The translations under genes were made by a program, and so were the position numbers. Shown here in pieces: positions 1 through 8,827 of a stretch of 46,206 nt of DNA. The first letter of the stretch is position 1; every line of letters starts with the position of its first letter. This stretch comes from an uncultured virus (IMG/VR IMGVR_UViG_3300048930_001385). Its lineage: Duplodnaviria; Heunggongvirae; Uroviricota; Caudoviricetes. Location of the stretch: the IMG/VR virus record IMGVR_UViG_3300048930_001385. One strand, written 5' to 3'. Under the pieces are notes generated by a model, which was not told where the DNA came from, did no database searches, and saw nothing but the letters and a program-made list of their open reading frames with translations.

Positions 1-5
1 TTACA

Positions 6-263
6 GTGTCGATTATGATTATGCAGATCGGATCGACTACAGTATTGTCACTATTGCGCGCAATTCGGCATGAGAAGGCTCCTGCCGATAGTAAGGGAGG
101 AGTCACTGTCGGTAACGATCTGATAATGTGGACAGGAACGGCTACGGGAACATTGGCAGCAGGTCAAGCACTAACTGTTATGGGCATCGGAATTTATATT
201 GTTTTCATTCCCCTGCTTGGCTTGTGCGCAATCATCGCTAGGACGCGTAAGCCAAAGTTATGA
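6..263 (+). CDS. small putative membrane protein (start uncertain)
   Basis: C-terminal hydrophobic stretch followed by basic tail RTRKPKL; converges on the minus-strand gene ending at 258. Confidence 0.4.
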   Translation: MSIMIMQIGSTTVLSLLRAIRHEKAPADSKGGVTVGNDLIMWTGTATGTLAAGQALTVMGIGIYIVFIPLLGLCAIIARTRKPKL

Positions 264-617
264 CTTGGCATCAGACAAGTAAACCGTGTAACCGATTCGC
301 TCCCAGATATGAGGAAAGCTCTTGCGCGAAGCAAGAATAATTTCATCGTAGTTCATAACCGCTGGGTAGGCAAAGATAATATTAGATTGCGGGCGCTTGT
401 CTGCACTACGGTCTTCCCAGGACACTGCAGTCCAGCCACCGCGCTGATGAAGGGCAGCCTCCCCTTCTCGCGTGGACGGGTTAAGGGCCGCATCCCACCT
501 TGGCCACGGAAAACCCTCTGGTGGATAACGAAGCCGCATGTGCATCGTTTCGTCAAACCAGTAGTGGCCGAGTTCGCTGGCAGAGCGGCAGCCGAAGTAG
601 TAACCTTTCGGCGTCAA
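258..617 (-). CDS. hypothetical protein
   Basis: Track ORF 258..671; likely TTG start at 617 overlapping the TGA of the upstream 49-aa ORF. Confidence 0.7.
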   Translation of the reverse strand: MTPKGYYFGCRSASELGHYWFDETMHMRLRYPPEGFPWPRWDAALNPSTREGEAALHQRGGWTAVSWEDRSADKRPQSNIIFAYPAVMNYDEIILASRKSFPHIWERIGYTVYLSDAKS

Positions 618-763
618 GTCTGGTCGGTCTTCGAACGCCGAGAGGCCATCGTCAGCGCTGCGAAAGCACAACCGACACCAGCAATCAGCAGGAGGTCAGG
701 AAGGAACAGGGTCATAACGGTGCCTGCGAGAGCGCCACCGAGGAATGTAGTTGGAGTAGTCAT
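614..763 (-). CDS. 49-aa membrane peptide, not in ORF track (MTTPTTFLGGALAGTVMTLFLPDLLLIAGVGCAFAALTMASRRSKTDQT)
   Basis: ATG 7 nt after GCCGATAA box; hand translation; hydrophobic with basic tail. Confidence 0.7.
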   Translation of the reverse strand: MTTPTTFLGGALAGTVMTLFLPDLLLIAGVGCAFAALTMASRRSKTDQT

Positions 764-770
764 ACTTGAG

Positions 771-813
771 TTATCGGCGCAGGGAGAGGATCCTTGAGGA
801 CACCTTGCTGGCC
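771..813 (-). promoter_or_regulatory. repeated element (palindrome + sigma28-like promoter)
   Basis: GGCCA-N6-TGTCC TCAA-N15-GCCGATAA-N7-ATG; upstream TAA abuts GGCC. Confidence 0.85.
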
Positions 814-1101
814 TTAAGGGAGAAGTTCCAATTCTGAATCATCCAAAAACCAGTCCCACTGACATCCAGTCTTTCCATCAATGTCCCACGGACGGTGCTC
901 CATACGGGTGGCCTCACTCGGGTCAGAAACATCGTAGCTGATCATGACAGGGTTATAGAGTAGGCGGGTGTATTCAATGTAGGGAATTAAAGGGGAGCGC
1001 CGGTCGCGGGTAGCCCGGGCCACGTCAATGACTACCCCTTCATTACCCGTTGCAACAACACGGACCTTATCGCCGATCTTGAATTGTGTATCACGCGTCA
1101 T
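814..1101 (-). CDS. hypothetical protein with KOW/SH3-like N-terminus
   Basis: FKIGDKVRVV motif; AGGAG SD upstream. Confidence 0.75.
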   Translation of the reverse strand: MTRDTQFKIGDKVRVVATGNEGVVIDVARATRDRRSPLIPYIEYTRLLYNPVMISYDVSDPSEATRMEHRPWDIDGKTGCQWDWFLDDSELELLP

Positions 1102-1115
1102 AATAGTTTTCTCCT

Positions 1116-1832
1116 TTAACCTATATAATGCTCGACGGCCCTTAGTCTTTCGCCATGCTCATCGTAGTAAATTTCATACTCACCATGCTCATCGTAGTAA
1201 ATTTCATACTCAATCTGACCATTGCGGTAGCGTTCAACGAGTACGGCGCCATCCGGATTAAAACGGATACCGTGCTGATACCATTCACTACGCTCCCATT
1301 CGCCGCAGGGAAGCGGCCTGCTTGTTCGCGCCGGACCATCTTCACGATGAAGAACACCATGTGTATACCATTCCTGGCTGGTAACTGGAGCGCCTTCTAC
1401 GTTGTATTGCTGAGCAAGGAAATAATCATACTTGATCCACGCGGGGCCATCCTCGCGGTGAAGGAATCCATGCTTACAGTACTTTTCCTCAATGACATTA
1501 CCTACCGGCGTTACAGTAATCCAGGCTGGTCCATCCTCGCGGTGCAGCTCGCCATTCTGAAGGTACTCGATAGTAAAGAGGCCGTTGGTTCCCCAAGACT
1601 GACGAAATACTCGTGCTGGACCGTTTTCGCGGTGCAACACACCCATCGTCCGCCACTCTGAGTAGTAAGCCTTGGGCACGCCTCCCCTGCCACCTTCTCC
1701 GCGCAAGAGGGCCGGCCCGTTCGTGCTGTGCAACACGTTGAGAACGGGGTCAATGACAGAGCGCTCGCCTCCCCCTGCGGGCCAATCGCTCGGGAACGGG
1801 TCGATGTAGTCAGCGACGTTGAGTCTATTCAT
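1116..1832 (-). CDS. HRE(D/N)GPA-repeat (MORN-like) protein
   Basis: Repeated LHREDGPA units; start moved to 1832 (7 nt after GCCGATAC). Confidence 0.8.
   Translation of the reverse strand: MNRLNVADYIDPFPSDWPAGGGERSVIDPVLNVLHSTNGPALLRGEGGRGGVPKAYYSEWRTMGVLHRENGPARVFRQSWGTNGLFTIEYLQNGELHREDGPAWITVTPVGNVIEEKYCKHGFLHREDGPAWIKYDYFLAQQYNVEGAPVTSQEWYTHGVLHREDGPARTSRPLPCGEWERSEWYQHGIRFNPDGAVLVERYRNGQIEYEIYYDEHGEYEIYYDEHGERLRAVEHYIG
1153..1212. repeat. perfect 30-bp tandem duplication (YEIYYDEHGE-type unit x2)
   Basis: ccatgctcatcgtagtaaatttcatactca occurs twice in tandem. Confidence 0.95.
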
Positions 1833-1839
1833 ATAGGGT

Positions 1840-1871
1840 GTATCGGCAATCATAAGTGTAGGGTTAGGCCA
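1840..1871 (-). promoter_or_regulatory. partial repeated element (proximal half-site only)
   Basis: TGGCCTAA...GCCGATAC-N7-ATG; overlaps upstream stop. Confidence 0.7.
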
Positions 1872-2262
1872 TTGCGTTAGCAGCAAGAAGCTGTTCTGCG
1901 CTTTCCAGCGCCCCGGCAAGGGCCAGGTCAATAACTGCCTGTACAGCTCGGACCCGTCCCTGACTCGAGGGAATCTCCACACGGTAGAAGGTCGCATCGT
2001 TCTGGTGAGTGATTGTGGCAGACCAAAGATCTTCGCTGCACCGAACTGTCTGAGGAGCGTCAACAAGGGTGACATGAATCATCGTGTTATCGTTACCGAA
2101 GCTATTATCCATCGTCGCAGCCTCTTCCGCAAACCGCTGCAGCCAGAACAGCATGTCTTCAAGTCGCTGTGCGCGAATACGGTCACTGATGTTGTCACTG
2201 GCTGAGGGTCCATGCGCAAACGCGCGGAGGGCCTGAGTAGTTCGCTCAATCTGGTCTGACAT
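1864..2262 (-). CDS. hypothetical protein
   Basis: MSDQIERT start with GAAAGGA SD, downstream of the element at 2292. Confidence 0.75.
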   Translation of the reverse strand: MSDQIERTTQALRAFAHGPSASDNISDRIRAQRLEDMLFWLQRFAEEAATMDNSFGNDNTMIHVTLVDAPQTVRCSEDLWSATITHQNDATFYRVEIPSSQGRVRAVQAVIDLALAGALESAEQLLAANAMA

Positions 2263-2291
2263 GGTAGTCCTTTCACTTGAAGATATCGGAT

Positions 2292-2335
2292 ATATCGGCG
2301 ACAAGTAACCTGGCCTAGAGGACAAACCACTGGCC
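2292..2335 (-). promoter_or_regulatory. repeated element
   Basis: GGCCA-N6-TGTCC...GCCGATAT. Confidence 0.85.
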
Positions 2336-2352
2336 GCATCGTTCACTAGCAC

Positions 2353-2712
2353 TTAATACTCATGATCGCTTTCTGGGTGATGGACACCACCCTGATTAGC
2401 AGCATCAGAATATGCAATCGTATAGGTAGGATAAGGACCATGACGCTCAATAATATCATCACCGTCATCTAACCAGCAAACATAATATCCAGGCCCCAGT
2501 TCCTCATCCTCCTGAATAGCGAACGGTTCACGGTCAGTCTTGTTATCGCGTGCAATGATGAGGGCGTCAAGGAGGATCTTATCCCTGTTGCTTGACAGAG
2601 CCTTGCCGATTCCCTCAAGTATCACCTCGTTGGGAATGTCTAGTCCCATTTCTTCTTTGAGACGCTGAAGGTCTTCCTTGGAAATGGGAAAAGGGATTTC
2701 ATAGTTCAGCAT
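2353..2712 (-). CDS. hypothetical protein (full-length paralog of 2893..3138)
   Basis: ORF; leaderless start. Confidence 0.8.
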   Translation of the reverse strand: MLNYEIPFPISKEDLQRLKEEMGLDIPNEVILEGIGKALSSNRDKILLDALIIARDNKTDREPFAIQEDEELGPGYYVCWLDDGDDIIERHGPYPTYTIAYSDAANQGGVHHPESDHEY

Positions 2713-2719
2713 AGTACTA

Positions 2720-2763
2720 GTATCGGCCTGTAGTGTGTGTGGGTTGAGGACAAGAACATGGCC
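2720..2763 (-). promoter_or_regulatory. repeated element
   Basis: GGCCA-N6-TGTCC TCAA-N16-GCCGATAC-N7-ATG. Confidence 0.85.
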
Positions 2764-2892
2764 TTAATGAACAGGGTGTTCTGATCAGCGTAAACTGGTC
2801 TACGGTAAAGTGGTTTACCCCTTAGAACTACCTTGGATCTGATCGCTCAGCCCACAACAATATTATGGAGACTGTGTTAGGCAGTCATATCG

Positions 2893-3138
2893 TCAAAGAC
2901 AGCGAACATAATATCCAGCGCCCAGTTCCCCATTATCCTGAGTAGTGAACGATTCACGGTTAGTCTTGTTATCGCGTGCAATGATCAGGGCATCAAGGAG
3001 GATCCTGTCCCTGTTGTCCGACAGAGCCTTGCCTATTCCCGCAAGCGCCACCTCGTTGGGAATGTCTAGTCCCATTTCTTCTTTGAGACGCTGAAGGTCT
3101 TCCTTGGAAATGGAAAAGGGGATTTCGTACTTTAGCAT
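2893..3138 (-). pseudogene. C-terminally truncated copy of 2353..2712
   Basis: Near-identical first ~78 aa, then stop (81 vs 119 aa). Confidence 0.65.
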
Positions 3139-3145
3139 AGTAATA

Positions 3146-3189
3146 GTATCGGCATGTAGTGTGTATAGGTTGAGGACAAGAATACGGCC
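3146..3189 (-). promoter_or_regulatory. repeated element
   Basis: GGCCG-N6-TGTCC TCAA...GCCGATAC-N7-ATG. Confidence 0.85.
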
Positions 3190-3304
3190 TCAACAAGCAT
3201 GGTGTTCTAATCAGCGTAAACTGGTTTACGGTAAAGTGGTTTACGCTTTAGAACTACCTTGGCCCTGATCGTTCAGCCCACAATAACATCGTGGAGGCTG
3301 TGCG

Positions 3305-4552
3305 TTAGCCGGTCACGCCGCCACTTGGCTGGCTAGTGTGATCGCGCTTGACCCTGACCTTCGCATTAGCGCAAACGCGAGTGGTTGCGTTCGGGTGCGT
3401 TGAGCGCATGATACAGGCTCGGTTCGTGATGCTCTTCTTCATGTAGCCCTTGACCACGCGACCTGTCACGGTTCCGACAGTCACATGCTTACCAGCCTTA
3501 ACACCGTTGATAGTCCAGCAGAGGCGACCGCGTGAGAAGGTTGCAGAGCCACTGTGAGAGACATAGACAAGGCCGTTCGGCATATAATCACATACTCGCG
3601 TTCGCGGAGCATCACCCTTGCCGGTATTGCGAATCCTGATTGTAAACTTCACCGCTCCACCGGCCTTGATAACCTGCTTTGAGGCGACCTTAGTAATCTT
3701 GAGAATGGCCGGATCACCAGTCGGGTCAGCGGTCTGCGTGCATACCCCGTTCGTATTGGTCAGTCCAGCCGGAGTCTCGGTCTGCACCCCAGTAATATTA
3801 TCGCAAACGTCCTTGACGCAAACACCAGCGGTATTTGTCAGTCCGGTAGGGGTCTCGGTCTGTACGCCGGTCAGATTATCGCACACGTCCTTGACACAAA
3901 CGCCGTTAGTGTTGGTCAGTCCAGCCGGAGTCTCGGTCTGTACCCCAGTAATGTTATCACAAACGTCCTTGGCGCAAACACCAGCGGTATTCGTCAGTCC
4001 AGCCGGAGTCTCGGTCTGCACGCCGGTCAGATTATCGCACACGTCCTTGACACACTGATCGCCAGCGATAACAACAAGACCAGCAGGGATAGTAGCCTGT
4101 GCGCCGGTGATATTTGTGCAGAGGTCACGCCCAACAATGAATGATGAAGCCGCCTCGTCCTCGGGATTCACATAACCGCGAGCGTAGTAGCGCGTAATCA
4201 CAGCATAGTGACCAGCAGGGGTGCCGTCGGGCACAGTCCAAGTAGTGTTGCCGCTAAACGAACCAGTAAATGTCTGCATCGGCTTGACGAGAGTGTAGTT
4301 ACCGGGGGAACCGAGGACACCGCTCATGGAATTGATAACCTTGACCCACTCAACAGTCACCTTCGCGGGAGTAGTTGATGCCGTGATCGTGAACCTGTGC
4401 GTCTGAGTGTCGCCAGCATAGAGCTTGCTAGGAGAGGCAACACCCACGCAGTTCTGAATACCCATACCCGCACTCTTCACGCAAGTATCGGCATGAGCCG
4501 CCTGTGGAAGAAGTAGGAGGGCGAGGAGTGCGATAAGGGTCTTGATCTTCAT
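3305..4552 (-). CDS. secreted protein with 26-aa Cys-pair repeats and C-terminal DUF11-like domain
   Basis: Signal peptide (AHA/D); DVCDN[LI]TGVQTETPxGLTNTxGVC x4; LKITK...FTIRIRNTG...DYMPNGLVYVS. Confidence 0.85.
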   Translation of the reverse strand: MKIKTLIALLALLLLPQAAHADTCVKSAGMGIQNCVGVASPSKLYAGDTQTHRFTITASTTPAKVTVEWVKVINSMSGVLGSPGNYTLVKPMQTFTGSFSGNTTWTVPDGTPAGHYAVITRYYARGYVNPEDEAASSFIVGRDLCTNITGAQATIPAGLVVIAGDQCVKDVCDNLTGVQTETPAGLTNTAGVCAKDVCDNITGVQTETPAGLTNTNGVCVKDVCDNLTGVQTETPTGLTNTAGVCVKDVCDNITGVQTETPAGLTNTNGVCTQTADPTGDPAILKITKVASKQVIKAGGAVKFTIRIRNTGKGDAPRTRVCDYMPNGLVYVSHSGSATFSRGRLCWTINGVKAGKHVTVGTVTGRVVKGYMKKSITNRACIMRSTHPNATTRVCANAKVRVKRDHTSQPSGGVTG

Positions 4553-4584
4553 GGTTGGCCTTTCATTGAGTGTCTACCCTATAT

Positions 4585-4626
4585 GTATCGGCAACTACGG
4601 CAGTCGCTGGAGGCCAAAGAGTGGCC
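4585..4626 (-). promoter_or_regulatory. repeated element (leadered transcript)
   Basis: GGCCA-N5-TGGCC...GCCGATAC; SD GAAAGG before ATG 4552. Confidence 0.85.
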
Positions 4627-4634
4627 TTGCTATA

Positions 4635-5315
4635 CTAGACCAGGCCGTTAGCTCGAACGGGGCCGTGCATCCAGTGGCTATCTGTTTGAACGTGGTTAGG
4701 ACGGACATACTTGGCAATATGCAGCATATAATCCTGGTAGGGGAAGGTGTTAGCATCACGAACCACATAGCCCTCACTCTCGCCCTCGCCGTAGAGGGGA
4801 GCCATCGGCCATAGTGCCTGGATCGCTTTTTCGTCCCACTGACCTCGCCACAATACCGGCACCATCTCAATACCACGCTCGCGGCAGAAATCCACGGTGT
4901 CATCCCAGCTTAGGCAGTTATTTGCATCGTCGAAGACAGCGAATGCAAGGTAATAACTTGGCAAAGCGGGGTAGACAATGCTGTGCTGTGCGTACATATT
5001 CTCGCCACAAACACGCCAACCCTCGGGAATGGTGTGGCCGACTTGAGCTTGAAAACCCTTGATCCAAGACCGGGAGGGGTGATGACGACCATCCAAGGAG
5101 CGAGCGTGGTAGTCGTCTCGGTAGAGGGTCGCGTTCTCACCGTCCATCTTCGCCGTGACTACGACCTCGCGTCCACGGAAGTGATCCGCGCTCTTCAGGT
5201 AAACGTCCACACCTCCGCGCACCTTGCTCTTGCCCTCGGTGTTGCCGGGAGCCCAAGGTAGGTAGGGAGTGCTGGGGTAGTCATGGAGCTTGGTGTTCAA
5301 GGTAATCCGATTCAA
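4635..5315 (-). CDS. RNA-ligase-family nucleotidyltransferase (Deinococcus DRB0100-like)
   Basis: YPSTPYLPW, KMDGEN (motif I), CGEN, EGYVVR, KYVR..HVQTD. Confidence 0.85.
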   Translation of the reverse strand: MNRITLNTKLHDYPSTPYLPWAPGNTEGKSKVRGGVDVYLKSADHFRGREVVVTAKMDGENATLYRDDYHARSLDGRHHPSRSWIKGFQAQVGHTIPEGWRVCGENMYAQHSIVYPALPSYYLAFAVFDDANNCLSWDDTVDFCRERGIEMVPVLWRGQWDEKAIQALWPMAPLYGEGESEGYVVRDANTFPYQDYMLHIAKYVRPNHVQTDSHWMHGPVRANGLV

Positions 5316-5342
5316 GTGGTTGTAATACGATGTTCGCTAACA

Positions 5343-5386
5343 GTATCGGTGAGCACACCAAGTCGCTTAAGGACATCTCGCTGGCC
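5343..5386 (-). promoter_or_regulatory. repeated element
   Basis: GGCCA-N6-TGTCC TTAA...ACCGATAC. Confidence 0.85.
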
Positions 5387-5434
5387 GCCTAAGGAAGTGC
5401 GCCTGCGGTCAGGCCAAACAAGCGATAATGGTGA

Positions 5435-6619
5435 TTAATTATTAAGTCTTGACTGGAGATCATGAAATAATCCCTGACACCTTGCCAGCACCCATTGAGC
5501 AGCTTCGCGGGTAGCATTAACGATCTCTTCAGCGATACCCTCAACAGAACATGGGTTGATGCTGGTAGCGACAGACTTTCGCTGGATCCGACAGTATTCT
5601 GGCCACGAGAATACCACACCACCGCTCTCAACAGAGCCTGTTGCGGAGTGATACAGCGTTGCCACTGCTCCGTTGACAGACTCAACATGAGTATTATCAT
5701 AAGCATGAGCCTTTGCCTCGCTACCATGTATACGACCGCGTGAACTGCCAAAGAGAGCAAGGGCTGCTTGACCGCGTGCCGATGCAAAACTTTCACCATA
5801 GAGATTAGCTCGAGCTTTGCCACCAAGCGCGCCCGTGGCCTGATCCCGGAGAGTAATATAATTATTGCCATCGGCCTTGACAAAAGCGCGCCCGTTGGCA
5901 GTCACCATTGCTCTCTCACTCGCATGACAGTAAGCCTTTTCCGCGAGGGTGATATGGCTCAGACCGCCTGCACGGATCGAAGAGGTACCAGTGGCCCTAA
6001 CCTGCGCGCGCCCCCTGATAACTGCCCTACGGGTGTTATGAAGATAAGCACGAGCATTATCGCCAGCGTAGACGGTGCTACCGTTGTCATATACTTCTGC
6101 ATTGTCCCGTGCCTCAATCAGTAGTGCGTTCTTACTCCGAACGTGTGCGTGATCGACGGCATAGATAGTGCATAGCGATCCTGCGCTGACACGGACACGG
6201 TCCATGGCTATGACGGGCTTAGTGGTGGTGATCGTGTAGTGTGTTGACCCGCGCAGTCGAATCCCTGCTTGAGAACAGCGGTAGACACTGAGAGCGCGGT
6301 CAAGCTCAGACTGGCTCCAAACATCGCACACGCCTTCCACTGCTTCTGGGTAGATAAGCCGACCTTCAAGAAACTTGAGGTCTGCGAAAAGGGCCGTATG
6401 CCAATCTTGGGGATCGATGGCAGGATAGGTCGCTGTCCAGACAGGTTCATCGTGGAAGAGTAGGGTTGCCGTCAGTGAGTCCTGAACATAGAGGCGGAGG
6501 GAGTAGGGTCCACTCCAGTCTTGGCGAGAGGTAGTGATGGGTGGGATCGGATTATCGGCGAAAACGGCCGCAGCACAAAACGCGGGATCGGGTGAGAGCT
6601 GCTGTGTATCCGAATTCAT
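5435..6619 (-). CDS. protein with short degenerate (about 8-residue) beta-solenoid-like repeats
   Basis: Periodic units such as EARDNAEV, YAGDNARA, HAYDNTHV. Confidence 0.75.
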   Translation of the reverse strand: MNSDTQQLSPDPAFCAAAVFADNPIPPITTSRQDWSGPYSLRLYVQDSLTATLLFHDEPVWTATYPAIDPQDWHTALFADLKFLEGRLIYPEAVEGVCDVWSQSELDRALSVYRCSQAGIRLRGSTHYTITTTKPVIAMDRVRVSAGSLCTIYAVDHAHVRSKNALLIEARDNAEVYDNGSTVYAGDNARAYLHNTRRAVIRGRAQVRATGTSSIRAGGLSHITLAEKAYCHASERAMVTANGRAFVKADGNNYITLRDQATGALGGKARANLYGESFASARGQAALALFGSSRGRIHGSEAKAHAYDNTHVESVNGAVATLYHSATGSVESGGVVFSWPEYCRIQRKSVATSINPCSVEGIAEEIVNATREAAQWVLARCQGLFHDLQSRLNN

Positions 6620-6626
6620 GTTTGCT

Positions 6627-6670
6627 ATATCGCTATCGGTTGTGGATTACTTGAGGCCAGGGTTATGGCC
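6627..6670 (-). promoter_or_regulatory. repeated element (variant -10 AGCGATAT)
   Basis: GGCCA-N6-TGGCC TCAA-N16-AGCGATAT-N7-ATG. Confidence 0.8.
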
Positions 6671-6711
6671 CAGGAGAAGGGTTGACGTGGATATCTTGTT
6701 GTCAGGCTGGG

Positions 6712-7143
6712 TTACGCCTGCCCTGTATCACGTTGCTGCGTGTAATCGTGTCCATAGCGGATACCACAAGCGATCCGAGCTTCAAGAGCTTCGTCATCCG
6801 TCTTTTCTCGGGGGATGCGAGCAATGGCAGCATAGTTCTGCGCCTCTCGCCAGCGGCAAAAGATTGTAAGGAGGAAGGCGACAGTGAAGTATGCCAAGAT
6901 CATCCAGAAAATCACCGTTGTAACTGGGTGCTGAGTCATGATCAACCCGAAACCTGCCCCAAGGAACATAGGAAGTAGGAGCGAGATCATATCGCTGAGG
7001 AGGCCTTCACTGCTGAAGCGGTTGCGGATTGTCTGTGTAAGAGCATGCAGTGGGTTAAAAGCGCTATCAAAACGATCATGGCGCTTCGCCCAAACATCGG
7101 TTCGGTCCAAGTGATATTCTAGTCGCTGCTCGGGACTCTTCAT
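6712..7143 (-). CDS. membrane protein (2 TM)
   Basis: Start moved to MKSPEQ; two hydrophobic segments. Confidence 0.75.
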   Translation of the reverse strand: MKSPEQRLEYHLDRTDVWAKRHDRFDSAFNPLHALTQTIRNRFSSEGLLSDMISLLLPMFLGAGFGLIMTQHPVTTVIFWMILAYFTVAFLLTIFCRWREAQNYAAIARIPREKTDDEALEARIACGIRYGHDYTQQRDTGQA

Positions 7144-7150
7144 AATCGCT

Positions 7151-7194
7151 GTATCGGCGTCAAAGCGAGGGTTCTTAAGGCCAATGGTCTGGCC
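7151..7194 (-). promoter_or_regulatory. repeated element
   Basis: GGCCA-N6-TGGCC TTAA-N16-GCCGATAC-N7-ATG. Confidence 0.85.
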
Positions 7195-7319
7195 GGGTAA
7201 GCGAGGGCTTGAAATCGAACACTGGGATAGTAGCAACCACCGTCACGTATTAGGCTTGTCCCCACGAAACTTTCCATTTCGTCATGCTTTTATTATATCA
7301 AAAACAAGTGTTTCGCGGA

Positions 7320-8054
7320 TTAAATTACATCAATTGGGGTGCCGATGGGAAGCCTATCAGCGAGAAGCTGCATATTGCGGTTATCCATACGCACACAGCC
7401 GTTAGAACCTGCCTGACCGGGCTGCGGCTGACCTGGCCCAAGGGCCGCTCCTGACCTTCCGTGCAAGGCGACCATCCCCGGCATCCCCGCAAACTGGGCG
7501 TGCGCTGAAGAATAGGAAAACGGAAGACTGGCGATTCCTGAGAAGTGATGCCACCGAGTAGTTTTTCCATAGATAGCGAATTTTCCCGCTCCGGTCGGCG
7601 TGGACGCTCCTCCAATAACAACCTTCCACTTTCGCCACGGCTTACCATATCGCTTGATGGTAAGCTCACGGTTGCTACGGTTGATGACCACCTTCCACGG
7701 CGTAGTCACAAGCTGAACCCGATCCGATGATACCCAACCAACGTGACCGTTTGACGTATCTAGTGCCGTGCGGCGGTAAGGCAGGTGGACAAGATAATAC
7801 CATCGCTTTGTCCCATCGACTGCTGGCTCTCCTGCAACGGTGCGAAAAACACGAAGCTGTAGTTGTTCGTGGCCATAAGGAGTAGTTGTCCCAAGCCGCT
7901 TGACGACTTTGCCCCAGCCGGGATTCTCAAGAGCCGTTGTAGGGGCGACTACGCGAACAATCTGTTCTGCCTTAGCCTGGGCCGTCATGGGCCACGCAAC
8001 CAGGATAAGCAGCGCGATAATGCTTGCGATAGTAATGTGCCGAGTGTGCTTCAT
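7320..8054 (-). CDS. secreted L,D-transpeptidase (YkuD family)
   Basis: Signal peptide; VIG...TPTG; ALHG...SNGCVRM catalytic His/Cys; LPIGTPIDV end. Confidence 0.88.
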   Translation of the reverse strand: MKHTRHITIASIIALLILVAWPMTAQAKAEQIVRVVAPTTALENPGWGKVVKRLGTTTPYGHEQLQLRVFRTVAGEPAVDGTKRWYYLVHLPYRRTALDTSNGHVGWVSSDRVQLVTTPWKVVINRSNRELTIKRYGKPWRKWKVVIGGASTPTGAGKFAIYGKTTRWHHFSGIASLPFSYSSAHAQFAGMPGMVALHGRSGAALGPGQPQPGQAGSNGCVRMDNRNMQLLADRLPIGTPIDVI

Positions 8055-8082
8055 GGAATACCTTTGGTGGTTTACCCTATAG

Positions 8083-8124
8083 TTATCGGCCCCGGCGAGA
8101 TTGCCTCAAGGCCAATCTATGGCC
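8083..8124 (-). promoter_or_regulatory. repeated element (leadered transcript)
   Basis: GGCCA-N5-TGGCC...GCCGATAA. Confidence 0.85.
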
Positions 8125-8322
8125 TTCCGCGCACTCGGGTTGATTTCTTACACTATTACGACTATCGCGTATCGCCTAAACAGTAGCGCCCAAAGCAGCT
8201 TCAATAACGCGACTGGTTTCAGCAACAACCTCTTCGTTTGAGGCCGTGTCCCCGAGCGCATTGCGTGCTCTAATCAACGCGTCTTGAATCGCCAGACGAA
8301 CCTGCTTTGATAATATTACTTA

Positions 8323-8655
8323 TTAAGTAATTGCTAGGACCCATCGGTCTTCATTGTCATTATAACTGATAACAAAGTTTGACTTATACTCTGAAATTAT
8401 ATCCTTTACTACAGCGGTACGAATTTGGCTAGATATAATGTCACCGACACTGGCATGAGAGTTGTGTGTAGCCAAATTTAAATATGTCGCGAGCATATTC
8501 GCAAAGAAAGCATAATCGTCGCAGCCATGCACATGTTCTTGCTCGAGAAATGAGTTCACCTGCTCTTCGCTGATCATGTCAATCGAGTATACAACGTACT
8601 GATCAGCAGGGTCGCCCCAAGGAACATCTTTGATTACGACTTGGTTAGTATTCAT
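8323..8655 (-). CDS. hypothetical protein
   Basis: Start moved to MNTNQ, 7 nt after CCCGATAG. Confidence 0.75.
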   Translation of the reverse strand: MNTNQVVIKDVPWGDPADQYVVYSIDMISEEQVNSFLEQEHVHGCDDYAFFANMLATYLNLATHNSHASVGDIISSQIRTAVVKDIISEYKSNFVISYNDNEDRWVLAIT

Positions 8656-8662
8656 GCGGAGT

Positions 8663-8705
8663 CTATCGGGCTTTTCGTTTCGCACTTGAGGACAATCCTG
8701 TGGCC
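8663..8705 (-). promoter_or_regulatory. repeated element
   Basis: GGCCA-N6-TGTCC TCAA-N15-CCCGATAG-N7-ATG. Confidence 0.85.
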
Positions 8706-8827
8706 TTGTTAAGTGACCAGAAAGGGGAGTATTTACCGGACCGTATTGCTGAGTATAATCATTGTTGAGCAGTGTCAGGGAAAAGCTTGTATCAAGATTG
8801 GATATCGCTCTGCCGACTGTCGGAGGC

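Larger units (their letters stand above)
2478..3304. repeat. diverged tandem duplication, period 426 bp
   Basis: 2478-2878 aligns with 2904-3304 across gene 5' part, element and upstream non-coding DNA. Confidence 0.9.

Noticed and set aside
84..92. Plus-strand GCCGATAG as another element copy
   Set aside because: No -35 or palindrome at the expected spacing and no start codon 7 nt downstream
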